From: a virus
Taxonomy: Duplodnaviria > Caudoviricetes
DNA length: 64,000 nt
Direction: 5' to 3' (one strand)
Virus record (IMG/VR): IMGVR_UViG_3300028392_002123
The translations under genes and the position numbers were made by a program. The notes under the pieces are model-generated. The model saw only the letters and a program-made list of their open reading frames with translations. It ran no database searches and was not told the DNA's origin. Shown in pieces: positions 1 to 7,222 of the stretch. Position 1 is the stretch's first letter. Each line of letters starts with the position of its first letter.

Positions 1-76
1 ATTCCGCTTTTTGACCTAACCAGGTAAAAAACTTTCCATGAGCACGACCAATTGCATTTGCAAATTTAACTATCAT
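1..76 (-). CDS. Partial ORF (MIVKFANAIGRAHGKFFTWLGQKAE...) directly downstream of the tmRNA CCA end; runs off the window
   Basis: AAGGA SD followed by ATG at 76; frame stays open to position 1. Confidence 0.55.
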   Translation of the reverse strand, partial: MIVKFANAIGRAHGKFFTWLGQKAE

Positions 77-90
77 AACAAACTTCCTTA

Positions 91-155
91 TGGTGGACCT
101 GGCGGGAGTCGAACCCGCGTCCAGAATCCTTTTCAATCGACTTCATACAGTCTTA
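91..155 (-). ncRNA. ssrA: tmRNA 3' (acceptor) piece, probably of a permuted two-piece tmRNA
   Basis: Minus strand reads ...TTCTGGACGCGGGTTCGACTCCCGCCAGGTCCACCA: T-arm GCGGG/TTCGACT/CCCGC, GGAC motif, U70 for the G3:U70 Ala identity pair, A73 and encoded CCA. No 5' half lies upstream. Confidence 0.8.
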
Positions 156-161
156 ACTTAC

Positions 162-190
162 ATTATATATTTATTTTGTAGTTTTGTCAA
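162..190 (-). promoter_or_regulatory. Consensus sigma70 promoter for the tmRNA acceptor piece
   Basis: TTGACA (190-185), 17 bp, TATAAT (167-162). Confidence 0.85.
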
Positions 191-1175
191 CAAGATTATC
201 TCGAAATATTTCCCAAGCATGTTCCCATGTCCATCGTTGGCTACCTTGCCAAACTTGTTTTCTATTTAAACCCAAACAACGATGAACCGCTGTTGCAAGA
301 TTGTTGTCCATAAATCCTGTAATACCTTGATCTATGACATCTTCTGGACCTTGACAAGGATACGCGGCCACGGGTGTACCGCAGGCCATTGCTTCGATCA
401 TAACTAGTCCAAATGTTTCCCACTGACTAGGAAATACAAATACATCTGCTAGATTATAGTAATATGCTAGTTCAGCGCCTGTTTTAAATCCTACAAATTC
501 TACCCTAGGATATCGTTTCTTGTATGTGTCTAACATGGGCCCATCGCCGACCATAATTTTCTTGGCTCCAGGGTAGTCCATCTTAAAAAAATCTTCTAAG
601 TTTTTTTCTTTACTAACACGACTAACACAGACCAGAGTAAGACCGGTATTTCTACGTTGTTCTCTTGGATAAAATATTTCTCTGTCGACACCACGTGTCC
701 ACGGAAGTACTTCACCATCAAAGCCATGCGACTTTAACTCTGCGACCATCGAATCTGTAGTTGTTAAAACCTTGCCACTATGTTTATGAAACCAGCGTAC
801 AAATCTCCAAGTAAGTGACTCAGGTATACCAAATAGCTTTCTGAGCCCTTCAGGAAACTTAGTGTGATAAGCGGTATTGTGGCGAATATCGCCCAATGAA
901 AGATATGCTCTAGCCCACAGACCAAGAGGACCTTCTGTGGCGATGTGGATATAATCCGGATTGATCTCCTCAATCTTCTTGCCCAAGTTCCTGGGATAGG
1001 CAATCTTGACTTCGTTGTAGCCAGGGCAACTAATGTAGCGGAACCACCCGGGATGAAGCACCACAACGTTATAACCATCCAAAATCGCACATGTCTCAAT
1101 ATTCTTGTAAGTTGTAACCACGCCATTAATTTGATCCGGTAAGTTATCTGTTATTATCAGTATTGTTTTTGTCAT
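171..1175 (-). CDS. agt: GT4 glycosyltransferase, Agt-like (diacylglycerol glycosyl/glucuronosyltransferase type)
   Basis: ITDN..QINGVVTT, IHIATEGPLG, AYHTKFPE, RGVD, SRVSKEKN, FPSQWETFGLVMIEAMACGTPV; adjacent to plcP-like gene. Confidence 0.75.
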   Translation of the reverse strand: MTKTILIITDNLPDQINGVVTTYKNIETCAILDGYNVVVLHPGWFRYISCPGYNEVKIAYPRNLGKKIEEINPDYIHIATEGPLGLWARAYLSLGDIRHNTAYHTKFPEGLRKLFGIPESLTWRFVRWFHKHSGKVLTTTDSMVAELKSHGFDGEVLPWTRGVDREIFYPREQRRNTGLTLVCVSRVSKEKNLEDFFKMDYPGAKKIMVGDGPMLDTYKKRYPRVEFVGFKTGAELAYYYNLADVFVFPSQWETFGLVMIEAMACGTPVAAYPCQGPEDVIDQGITGFMDNNLATAVHRCLGLNRKQVWQGSQRWTWEHAWEIFRDNLVDKTTK

Positions 1176-1920
1176 TTTCCTGTGTCCATGTAACTATTTC
1201 CCAGCGTCCGTCATGATGCTCTACCAGTGCTGTACATGACTCTACCCAGTCACCGTCATTCATGTATGTGACGCCGTCTATTTGTTTGATTTCAGCATGA
1301 TGTATGTGGCCACATATTACACCATCAAAACCTCGCTTCTTACAATAACCTGCTAGATTATGTTCAAACTTGAACATAAAATCTACAGCCTTTTTTACTC
1401 TGTGCTTAAGGAATTGGCTAAGGCTAAAGTACCCAAAACCAAAACGATGACGTATCCAATTGAATTTACTATTAAGCGATAAAATGATATCATATGCTCG
1501 GTCTCCTAAAAATGCTATCCACGGTGCCAGTCTAGTTATTCCATCAAACAAATCACCATGTGTGACAAGATAATGTTTACCGTCTGCACCTATATGTTCT
1601 ATTTGATTGTGTATTTCAACAAGTCCAAAACTGAAACCATAGGGTATCATCGGACGCAGGAATTCGTCATGATTTCCAGCCACGTATACAACCCTAGTGC
1701 CACGTTTACTATGACCAAGAACCCTACGAACGACATTGGTATGGCTTTGTTTCCATCGCCATTTGTTTTGTTGGATTCTCCAAGCATCTATGATATCTCC
1801 CACAAGGTATAGCGTGTCGCAGGTATTGTGTTTAAGGAAATTATTAAGAGCTTCTGCTTTACAATCTCTGGTACCTAAATGCACATCGGAAATAAAAATA
1901 CTGCGATAAGTCTTTAGCAT
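1144..1920 (-). CDS. plcP: Metallophosphoesterase, PlcP-type phospholipase (LpxH-like family)
   Basis: FISDVHLG, LVGDIID, GNHD (not the GNRD of LpxH), THGD, CGHIH, NDGDWVESCTALVE. Confidence 0.8.
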   Translation of the reverse strand: MLKTYRSIFISDVHLGTRDCKAEALNNFLKHNTCDTLYLVGDIIDAWRIQQNKWRWKQSHTNVVRRVLGHSKRGTRVVYVAGNHDEFLRPMIPYGFSFGLVEIHNQIEHIGADGKHYLVTHGDLFDGITRLAPWIAFLGDRAYDIILSLNSKFNWIRHRFGFGYFSLSQFLKHRVKKAVDFMFKFEHNLAGYCKKRGFDGVICGHIHHAEIKQIDGVTYMNDGDWVESCTALVEHHDGRWEIVTWTQENDKNNTDNNR

Positions 1921-1926
1921 AGCTAG

Positions 1927-1971
1927 TATTTATCGCAGTATCGTTTTTAAAAGATTACAAGTTAATTACAC
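1927..1971 (-). promoter_or_regulatory. Putative Pho box with -10 element, plus late TAAATA motif, upstream of plcP
   Basis: GTGTAAT-TAAC-TTGTAAT (11-bp period, 1971-1954), 11 nt, GATACT (1942-1937); TAAATA at 1932-1927, 6 nt before ATG. Confidence 0.55.
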
Positions 1972-2130
1972 TTAAATCCTTACCACAGTCCATTTAGTTG
2001 TAAATGGTTTACCTTCGGCCTTATGTTTCAGTATCTTTGCAAACTCTTTTTTACGTAGTTTAGCGATGGTTTCTGTATCGTGGTCGAAGCAAGCCTTGTA
2101 CAACTTCTGAATTAACTTTTGTTGTTTCAT
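1972..2130 (-). CDS. 52-aa basic hypothetical protein ([18 protein letters not shown]...), not in the ORF track
   Basis: Strong SD AAGGAGG, TAAATA upstream, open frame to TAA at 1972. Confidence 0.7.
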   Translation of the reverse strand: MKQQKLIQKLYKACFDHDTETIAKLRKKEFAKILKHKAEGKPFTTKWTVVRI

Positions 2131-2162
2131 GGTATGCCCCTCCTTGAAAAATATTTATCAAT

Positions 2163-2187
2163 AAAAAAGGGCTTGTTATAAGCCCTT
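2163..2187 (-). terminator. Intrinsic terminator
   Basis: AAGGGCTT-ATAAC-AAGCCCTT followed by a T-tract. Confidence 0.8.
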
Positions 2188-2232
2188 AGTGCTGGTTACG
2201 AGTCTCCAGCGACACCCAATCTTGTGCCCGTG
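2163..2232 (-). ncRNA. Putative ~70-nt structured small RNA or leader of unknown family
   Basis: Intergenic. Tandem hairpins GGCAC/GTGTC and GCTGG/CCAGC followed by a terminator; promoter-like elements directly upstream. Confidence 0.45.
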
Positions 2233-2236
2233 CTTT

Positions 2237-2271
2237 TATTTAAGCCTAAAGGTGTTACAATTATATTACAC
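2237..2271 (-). promoter_or_regulatory. Second putative Pho box upstream of the small RNA
   Basis: GTGTAAT-ATAA-TTGTAAC (2271-2254, 11-bp period), 11 nt, TAAATA (2242-2237); a TATAAT (2265-2260) is also embedded. Confidence 0.5.
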
Positions 2272-2441
2272 TAATTTTTAGTGTCATAGGGTTTTAAAAA
2301 ATCATCATTCATACTATCTTCGTCAAAGTTATCCCAATTATAAGTGGCAACCTTGTATATCCAATAGCCATGTAATCCCACCACTATAATTAGTAACAGT
2401 ATATTACTGAGCACAGGTACGAGTTCTTGTAATTGTACCAT
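2271..2441 (-). CDS. Small single-pass membrane protein
   Basis: Hydrophobic stretch VLSNILLLIIVVGLHGYWIY; start moved to the internal ATG at 2441. Confidence 0.5.
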   Translation of the reverse strand: MVQLQELVPVLSNILLLIIVVGLHGYWIYKVATYNWDNFDEDSMNDDFLKPYDTKN

Positions 2442-2718
2442 CTGGATTTTGTACTTCTGTCCAAGGACTACAGTTTTGACTTTGTCCATAATATGGTGCA
2501 GGTTGTGGCTGCACAATAACAGGTTGTTGCTGTACAACTACTGGAGGCTGATTGCGAGCAATTTCATAACCGATTACACCACCGATAACAGTTGGTGCTA
2601 CCCAAACCCAAGGGTTGGGGCCACTGCGATATTGCCAATGACCATGTCCATGATAATGTTGTGCAAATGCTGGTACTGCGGCACAGACTAACAATAATGT
2701 TGCTAATACTTTTTTCAT
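2404..2718 (-). CDS. Secreted Pro/Gln-rich hypothetical protein
   Basis: Signal peptide MKKVLATLLLVCAAVPAFA, second hydrophobic segment, PVVVQQQPV repeats. Confidence 0.7.
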   Translation of the reverse strand: MKKVLATLLLVCAAVPAFAQHYHGHGHWQYRSGPNPWVWVAPTVIGGVIGYEIARNQPPVVVQQQPVIVQPQPAPYYGQSQNCSPWTEVQNPDGTITRTRTCAQ

Positions 2719-2719
2719 T

Positions 2720-3373
2720 TTAGTTCTCCATTTCTTTTAACTTACTACGAAATTCATCAGTGAATCTTCCATCTACTCTAAAACTGCATCTAAGTCCTGG
2801 TGCAGATTTGGTTTCATGTGTTTTATAGCTGTTAAAATAATTAACGCAGGAAGCGGGTGTTCCGTTGACATATAATTCTTTTTTGAGCAAAGGATTTGGA
2901 TTTGTTAGCCAAATAAATTCTGGTGTGCTTCTAAATCCTATAGGAGCTCTTGTTAAATCCTGATCCACATGTGGAGGAGTATAACTATTTCCCAGCTGTA
3001 TAAAAACTATTTGTCGGCCGGTGCCTTGAAATATATTCAGATCGGCAATCCAATTGGATACTTCTTTAAAATTTTTCATTGCATCATCTTCCATCCAAAA
3101 ATCTGAATTTCCCAATTGATACCATGCCGAATTCCACTTTGATAAGTCTTTAGGTCTAGTCAATAGTACATCCATGTTACCGATGTCATCTCCTGTGATC
3201 AAAGACTTGTACCATTTAAATTCTTCGGCGGTAGTGAAATCTCTAGGAGTTGCACCATCGTAGCCATAGAATACACTGGCTTTTCTCCTCGACTTAGCAA
3301 TACCTCGATAAAATACGTCCCATGGGAAGGTATTGATGTCAATGATACTGGATAAATCGTAACAGTCTTTCAT
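2720..3373 (-). CDS. Probable 2OG-Fe(II) oxygenase (Asp/Asn beta-hydroxylase-like fold)
   Basis: HxD (PPHVD), distal His (THET) and C-terminal R-x-S-x-R pattern. Confidence 0.5.
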   Translation of the reverse strand: MKDCYDLSSIIDINTFPWDVFYRGIAKSRRKASVFYGYDGATPRDFTTAEEFKWYKSLITGDDIGNMDVLLTRPKDLSKWNSAWYQLGNSDFWMEDDAMKNFKEVSNWIADLNIFQGTGRQIVFIQLGNSYTPPHVDQDLTRAPIGFRSTPEFIWLTNPNPLLKKELYVNGTPASCVNYFNSYKTHETKSAPGLRCSFRVDGRFTDEFRSKLKEMEN

Positions 3374-3380
3374 CTTGTAT

Positions 3381-3536
3381 TTATTTTATAATCTTTAAAA
3401 ATTTTAAAAGATTATAGAATCTAGACTTATACGGATCTGCTAGTACTTGTTCTATATAACTAGGATGATGCGGACATCTTCCCTGCTTATAGTCGCACTC
3501 AGGTGAGTATTGTCTGTGACAATTTTTGCATTGCAT
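3381..3536 (-). CDS. Small Cys/His-rich hypothetical protein
   Basis: MQCKNC...C...CPHH; start moved to 3536. Confidence 0.55.
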   Translation of the reverse strand: MQCKNCHRQYSPECDYKQGRCPHHPSYIEQVLADPYKSRFYNLLKFLKIIK

Positions 3537-4098
3537 TTTTCTTTTCCTCACAGGGTTCGCAAATTGTGCGGACCCATCCGCCACCTCGGCGTTCGCCGGG
3601 GTTACCGCACGATTCGCAAGTACAGCCACTCATAGCTTCTGCCATAGTAACCATTCCTCTAATATAGTCATCACCGCCTGTGTAGTAAAAACGTAGTGTG
3701 CCAAACTTTTCTTTAACTTGGTCCAATGTCACTTGGGGAACAAGTTCTGGAACATCACGCAAAGGATTCTTAATCATTTCTTCGCAACGTTCACGGATGT
3801 AGTCTGCACCGATAGTTGGCTGGTCTGCGTACTCTTTAGCAACCAAATCAGCAAACAATTCTGCATTACCACTCTTGCCAGCTTGTGCCATTTCGTTATA
3901 CTTGACGGCCCAATCACGCTGACGTTCCTTCCAATCGATGTGATGTTGGATATTGCCCATAAGTTGATTAAGGATGTTGTACCAACCATCTCCACATTCA
4001 AAGCCCCAGCACATACAAGTTTCTGTCATAGGCTTGTTGCGATTAACCATCATCTTAGGATACTTTTCACATAGCAATGCGTCTAGTTCTTGTTTCAT
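3499..4098 (-). CDS. Conserved phage hypothetical protein (QVKEKFGTLRFY family, C-terminal Zn ribbon)
   Basis: GDGW and QVKEKFGTLRFY motifs; CESC...CEPC. Confidence 0.75.
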   Translation of the reverse strand: MKQELDALLCEKYPKMMVNRNKPMTETCMCWGFECGDGWYNILNQLMGNIQHHIDWKERQRDWAVKYNEMAQAGKSGNAELFADLVAKEYADQPTIGADYIRERCEEMIKNPLRDVPELVPQVTLDQVKEKFGTLRFYYTGGDDYIRGMVTMAEAMSGCTCESCGNPGERRGGGWVRTICEPCEEKKNAMQKLSQTILT

Positions 4099-4106
4099 AT
4101 CGTTCC

Positions 4107-4301
4107 TTATGTATAATCTCGTAGTACGAAATCAATGGCTTCTATCATTTTAGTGTTATGTTCCACATCTTCAGGATGTAGCCATTCACCTTTTTTAAAA
4201 CCTCTTAATTCTTTTTTTAAGTAATCTTTATAATCATTTAAATTAAGAACTGTTATCTTGTCTGCTGTTTCTTTATCAATTGTTAAATCAAATTTACTCA
4301 T
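4107..4301 (-). CDS. Hypothetical protein
   Basis: AAGGA SD, operon context. Confidence 0.6.
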   Translation of the reverse strand: MSKFDLTIDKETADKITVLNLNDYKDYLKKELRGFKKGEWLHPEDVEHNTKMIEAIDFVLRDYT

Positions 4302-4852
4302 AGTGTCTCCGTGTCAAATGGCCATTTATTAGCTTTATTTTCTTCATGCCATTTTTTTATTTCTACAGCAATTTCTTCTTTGGTACGTAGTTTTACATTT
4401 TCTTCAATGACGGTACCATCATCTTCGCATAAGCTAACTTGGTACGGTGCATCAATAACAAGATAGTCATCTTCAACTTGCCAATCGTGACTGCCATCAA
4501 ACAACCATGCCGCGCCGCCACGCTCATCGTCGTCGTTGGGATCGCCTTCTATATAGCATATTTTAATGTGTTCTTGTTCTTCTTCTGAAATATCATCACT
4601 AAACTCAAACCAGCAGGCGTGTTGGTCGTCTAGTTCAGCACCCCATCCGCAGTCCATTTTAGCATGAGCTTGGATATCCCCTTCAATGGGCAAGTTACAT
4701 GCCATGTCTTCTTCAACAAACCCTTGCCCCCAGCGATAGTGATCGTCAACGTTGAACCAGCTGATAGAACCGTCTGCATTGTCACGATACATTTCAACGT
4801 GCCAGCAAATGCTCTTTTTATGTAAGGGTTTGATTAGGTATACTTTAGACAT
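4298..4852 (-). CDS. Acidic hypothetical protein
   Basis: ORF track; overlap-coupled to neighbours. Confidence 0.7.
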   Translation of the reverse strand: MSKVYLIKPLHKKSICWHVEMYRDNADGSISWFNVDDHYRWGQGFVEEDMACNLPIEGDIQAHAKMDCGWGAELDDQHACWFEFSDDISEEEQEHIKICYIEGDPNDDDERGGAAWLFDGSHDWQVEDDYLVIDAPYQVSLCEDDGTVIEENVKLRTKEEIAVEIKKWHEENKANKWPFDTETL

Positions 4853-5355
4853 TATTCTTCTACAAAGTTAATTACATTGCCATCTTCATCTGCACATATA
4901 ATACGTACAGTTTCGCCTGCTTCGTTTTTGATTTCAATTGGTCCCCAAATCCACCATTCGGTTTCATCGTTGTACCAGGAATCATCTTCACGATCTTCTA
5001 ATTCATAGATGCTATTTTCATCAATAAACTCTTGAATCTCTTCTTCCTCTTCTTCTGTAAGATCTTCAAATTCTACATCATACCAGCAACCACCGTCGAA
5101 CATTTCAACAAGTTCAACACTTTCAATATTGTTAACTTCGCAGTCTAGCATATTGATACTGTCTTTACGACCATCACCGCCGGGTACTTCTGTAAACTCA
5201 AATTCTGGCGGATTGTCGTCTGTAGTTTCTACAGTCCATTCGCCATAACGATAACCGTTAGTGACTGTGATTCGACCATCGCCTTCTCGTCGAACCCAGT
5301 GTTCAACTTCTTGGCAAGATTTTTTGTGATAAGTGCTAACAGTCCACTGTGCCAT
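4852..5355 (-). CDS. Acidic hypothetical protein, probable distant paralogue of 4298-4852
   Basis: Similar N-terminus (HKKS), acidic core and W-rich segment. Confidence 0.7.
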   Translation of the reverse strand: MAQWTVSTYHKKSCQEVEHWVRREGDGRITVTNGYRYGEWTVETTDDNPPEFEFTEVPGGDGRKDSINMLDCEVNNIESVELVEMFDGGCWYDVEFEDLTEEEEEEIQEFIDENSIYELEDREDDSWYNDETEWWIWGPIEIKNEAGETVRIICADEDGNVINFVEE

Positions 5356-5365
5356 ATATTTCCTT

Positions 5366-5539
5366 TCAGTTATCTATAATAGGCTTACATTTATAATCTT
5401 TATCACATTCTTCAAATGAACCATCTTGTGTATTCATACGAACTATGCGATCTTCTACTACACCAAATGTGTATTTGGCATTGTTAACTGCGGGCATTGT
5501 TACTTGATAAACCAATATCAAAATCATTATTATTTCCAT
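5366..5539 (-). CDS. 57-aa hypothetical protein (MEIIMILILVYQ...), not in the ORF track
   Basis: AGGAG SD; open frame read manually. Confidence 0.55.
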   Translation of the reverse strand: MEIIMILILVYQVTMPAVNNAKYTFGVVEDRIVRMNTQDGSFEECDKDYKCKPIIDN

Positions 5540-5550
5540 TACTATCTCCT

Positions 5551-5573
5551 AAAAATGAGGAATAAGGTTCCTC
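5551..5573 (-). terminator. Possible intrinsic terminator
   Basis: GAGGAA-CCTTA-TTCCTC followed by ATTTTT. Confidence 0.5.
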
Positions 5574-5618
5574 TAATTTAGTTAGTGTAATATATGCCAT
5601 CAGCTATAATATTTTAGT

Positions 5619-5885
5619 TTAACTATTTTCTTTTTTCTTACGTTTTGGTTTAACTTCTGCGCTTGCAGGAATCTTACTTTCCGCTTTTAGTATAGCATCT
5701 CGTACGTCTCTTGTCAATGCTTCATCATCCCATTCTAATTTAGTAGAACCGTCAGCAAATGTGGTCACAGTTAAGTGACTACCTTTTACTACTTTTGGTT
5801 CGTTTGGAAATACCAACTTGGCGCTGCCAATAGTGCCAGGCATTTCTAGTGTAGTGTTTTCGGATTTCTTTTTACGTGTTGCCAT
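5619..5885 (-). CDS. Basic-tailed hypothetical protein
   Basis: AGGAG SD; ORF track. Confidence 0.7.
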   Translation of the reverse strand: MATRKKKSENTTLEMPGTIGSAKLVFPNEPKVVKGSHLTVTTFADGSTKLEWDDEALTRDVRDAILKAESKIPASAEVKPKRKKKENS

Positions 5886-6051
5886 TTTTGTCTCCTAAAG
5901 GTGTTACTGGACGATTAACGCAGAACTCACATGTTGGATCATCGCATTTAGATTCTAACCACTTATTACAAGTGGTACAATAGTATGCATCGTACTCTTC
6001 CGAGTACGATTTTTTATTTTCACATTCGCAGTAATTTGGATTTAAGTCCAT
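5872..6051 (-). CDS. 59-aa Cys-rich, probably metal-binding protein, not in the ORF track
   Basis: MDLNPNYCECENKKSYSEEYDAYYCTTCNKWLESKCDDPTCEFCVNRP...; fills the gap between two ORFs. Confidence 0.6.
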   Translation of the reverse strand: MDLNPNYCECENKKSYSEEYDAYYCTTCNKWLESKCDDPTCEFCVNRPVTPLGDKNGNT

Positions 6052-6878
6052 AGGCTTTGTCTAATTTTGATAAGACGAATCATCATTTCTTCGTCTTCCT
6101 TTTCGTAAGCCGCTTCAATCTTTTGAAGTAGCTTGTGAGCGTTGTCGCTGGCCTTTTTAAGCACTGGATCTTTATCTACACTAAAACTTAGACGTCCACC
6201 GTTAGCCGCACGACTTGCTTCACAGGCCGCAGTCCACCCACTTGCTTCGTATGGGTCTGGACGGTTGCGATAGGTCACGGTCCACCAGTTGTACAGCTCA
6301 ATAATTTCCTTGGCAGATTTAGCTTGCCAAGTAGGTTCTCCAAAACCTTTACTGCCTGGTTCTGCCCCCATATCTTCACCTATAGTGAGACTACTGGCCC
6401 ACTTTAGATACTCCATACCTGCTTCTGGGCACCGCCAAGTTCTCCAGCGCAACCATCCACTACGGTACCATGGCACATCAAACTTGGTTTTAGCTTCGTC
6501 ACTCCACATACAGTGATGCCAGGCTTGCTCTATTTCAACAAAGTCTTGAAGCTCGTTAAATAGGCATGGCAGGAATCTATTCCCAACATCGCTCCAAGAG
6601 CCAGGGCGAATATCGCGAACATGAGCGGTAAGACTATGACTGCGACTGACCCAACGATTATTAATATAATATCTAACATCATTTAATTTATCCGGTATGT
6701 AATAAACAACTTTTTGAATGTAGTCTAAACCTTCTTCGGCCAACCACCAACGAATGGGGTATGCGGCTTTAGCACGATCTTCCCATTCATGCCATTCCTC
6801 GCTGGTACCTGCTTTGAGTTTAGTGGTCCCGCGAATCCAATCTGCAAATTTACTACATGTCCAATAGTGATTTCTCAT
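6042..6878 (-). CDS. Conserved phage hypothetical protein (Trp-rich)
   Basis: 278-aa ORF with AAGGAG SD. Confidence 0.75.
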   Translation of the reverse strand: MRNHYWTCSKFADWIRGTTKLKAGTSEEWHEWEDRAKAAYPIRWWLAEEGLDYIQKVVYYIPDKLNDVRYYINNRWVSRSHSLTAHVRDIRPGSWSDVGNRFLPCLFNELQDFVEIEQAWHHCMWSDEAKTKFDVPWYRSGWLRWRTWRCPEAGMEYLKWASSLTIGEDMGAEPGSKGFGEPTWQAKSAKEIIELYNWWTVTYRNRPDPYEASGWTAACEASRAANGGRLSFSVDKDPVLKKASDNAHKLLQKIEAAYEKEDEEMMIRLIKIRQSLWT

Positions 6879-7222
6879 ATCGCTCCTTTTCTTAATCTGT
6901 GTATAAATTTAGCTTCTAAAATTAGTCTTGCCGCTTCGGGATCGCGCATCATATCATCCCAGTCATCTAATGTACTAACCATCTTGGCAAATTCCGGTTC
7001 AGCAATATCCATGGTAAGCATAGTTACATGACTTCGTTCCATGTATCTATCAAAATCTATATAACTAGTCTCGTCCCATATGTCCCGTGAATGTGTGGGT
7101 AAATGCCGCACTCTTTCTTCTATTCTTGTTTTAATATTACTAATTTGATATCGATCCGCGACTCTGCGAGCTTGATCCATATTGATATTTGACTGTGTTA
7201 CCATGTTTTTTGTTATTGCCAT
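6875..7222 (-). CDS. Hypothetical protein
   Basis: ORF track, operon context. Confidence 0.6.
   Translation of the reverse strand: MAITKNMVTQSNINMDQARRVADRYQISNIKTRIEERVRHLPTHSRDIWDETSYIDFDRYMERSHVTMLTMDIAEPEFAKMVSTLDDWDDMMRDPEAARLILEAKFIHRLRKGAI

Noticed and set aside
91-130. Canonical tRNA-Ala gene
   Set aside because: No D-arm, anticodon arm or 5' acceptor strand; the GGAC before the T-arm is typical of tmRNA
1144-1920. LpxH lipid A biosynthesis enzyme
   Set aside because: It has GNHD rather than GNRD and is paired with an Agt-like glycosyltransferase, which fits PlcP better
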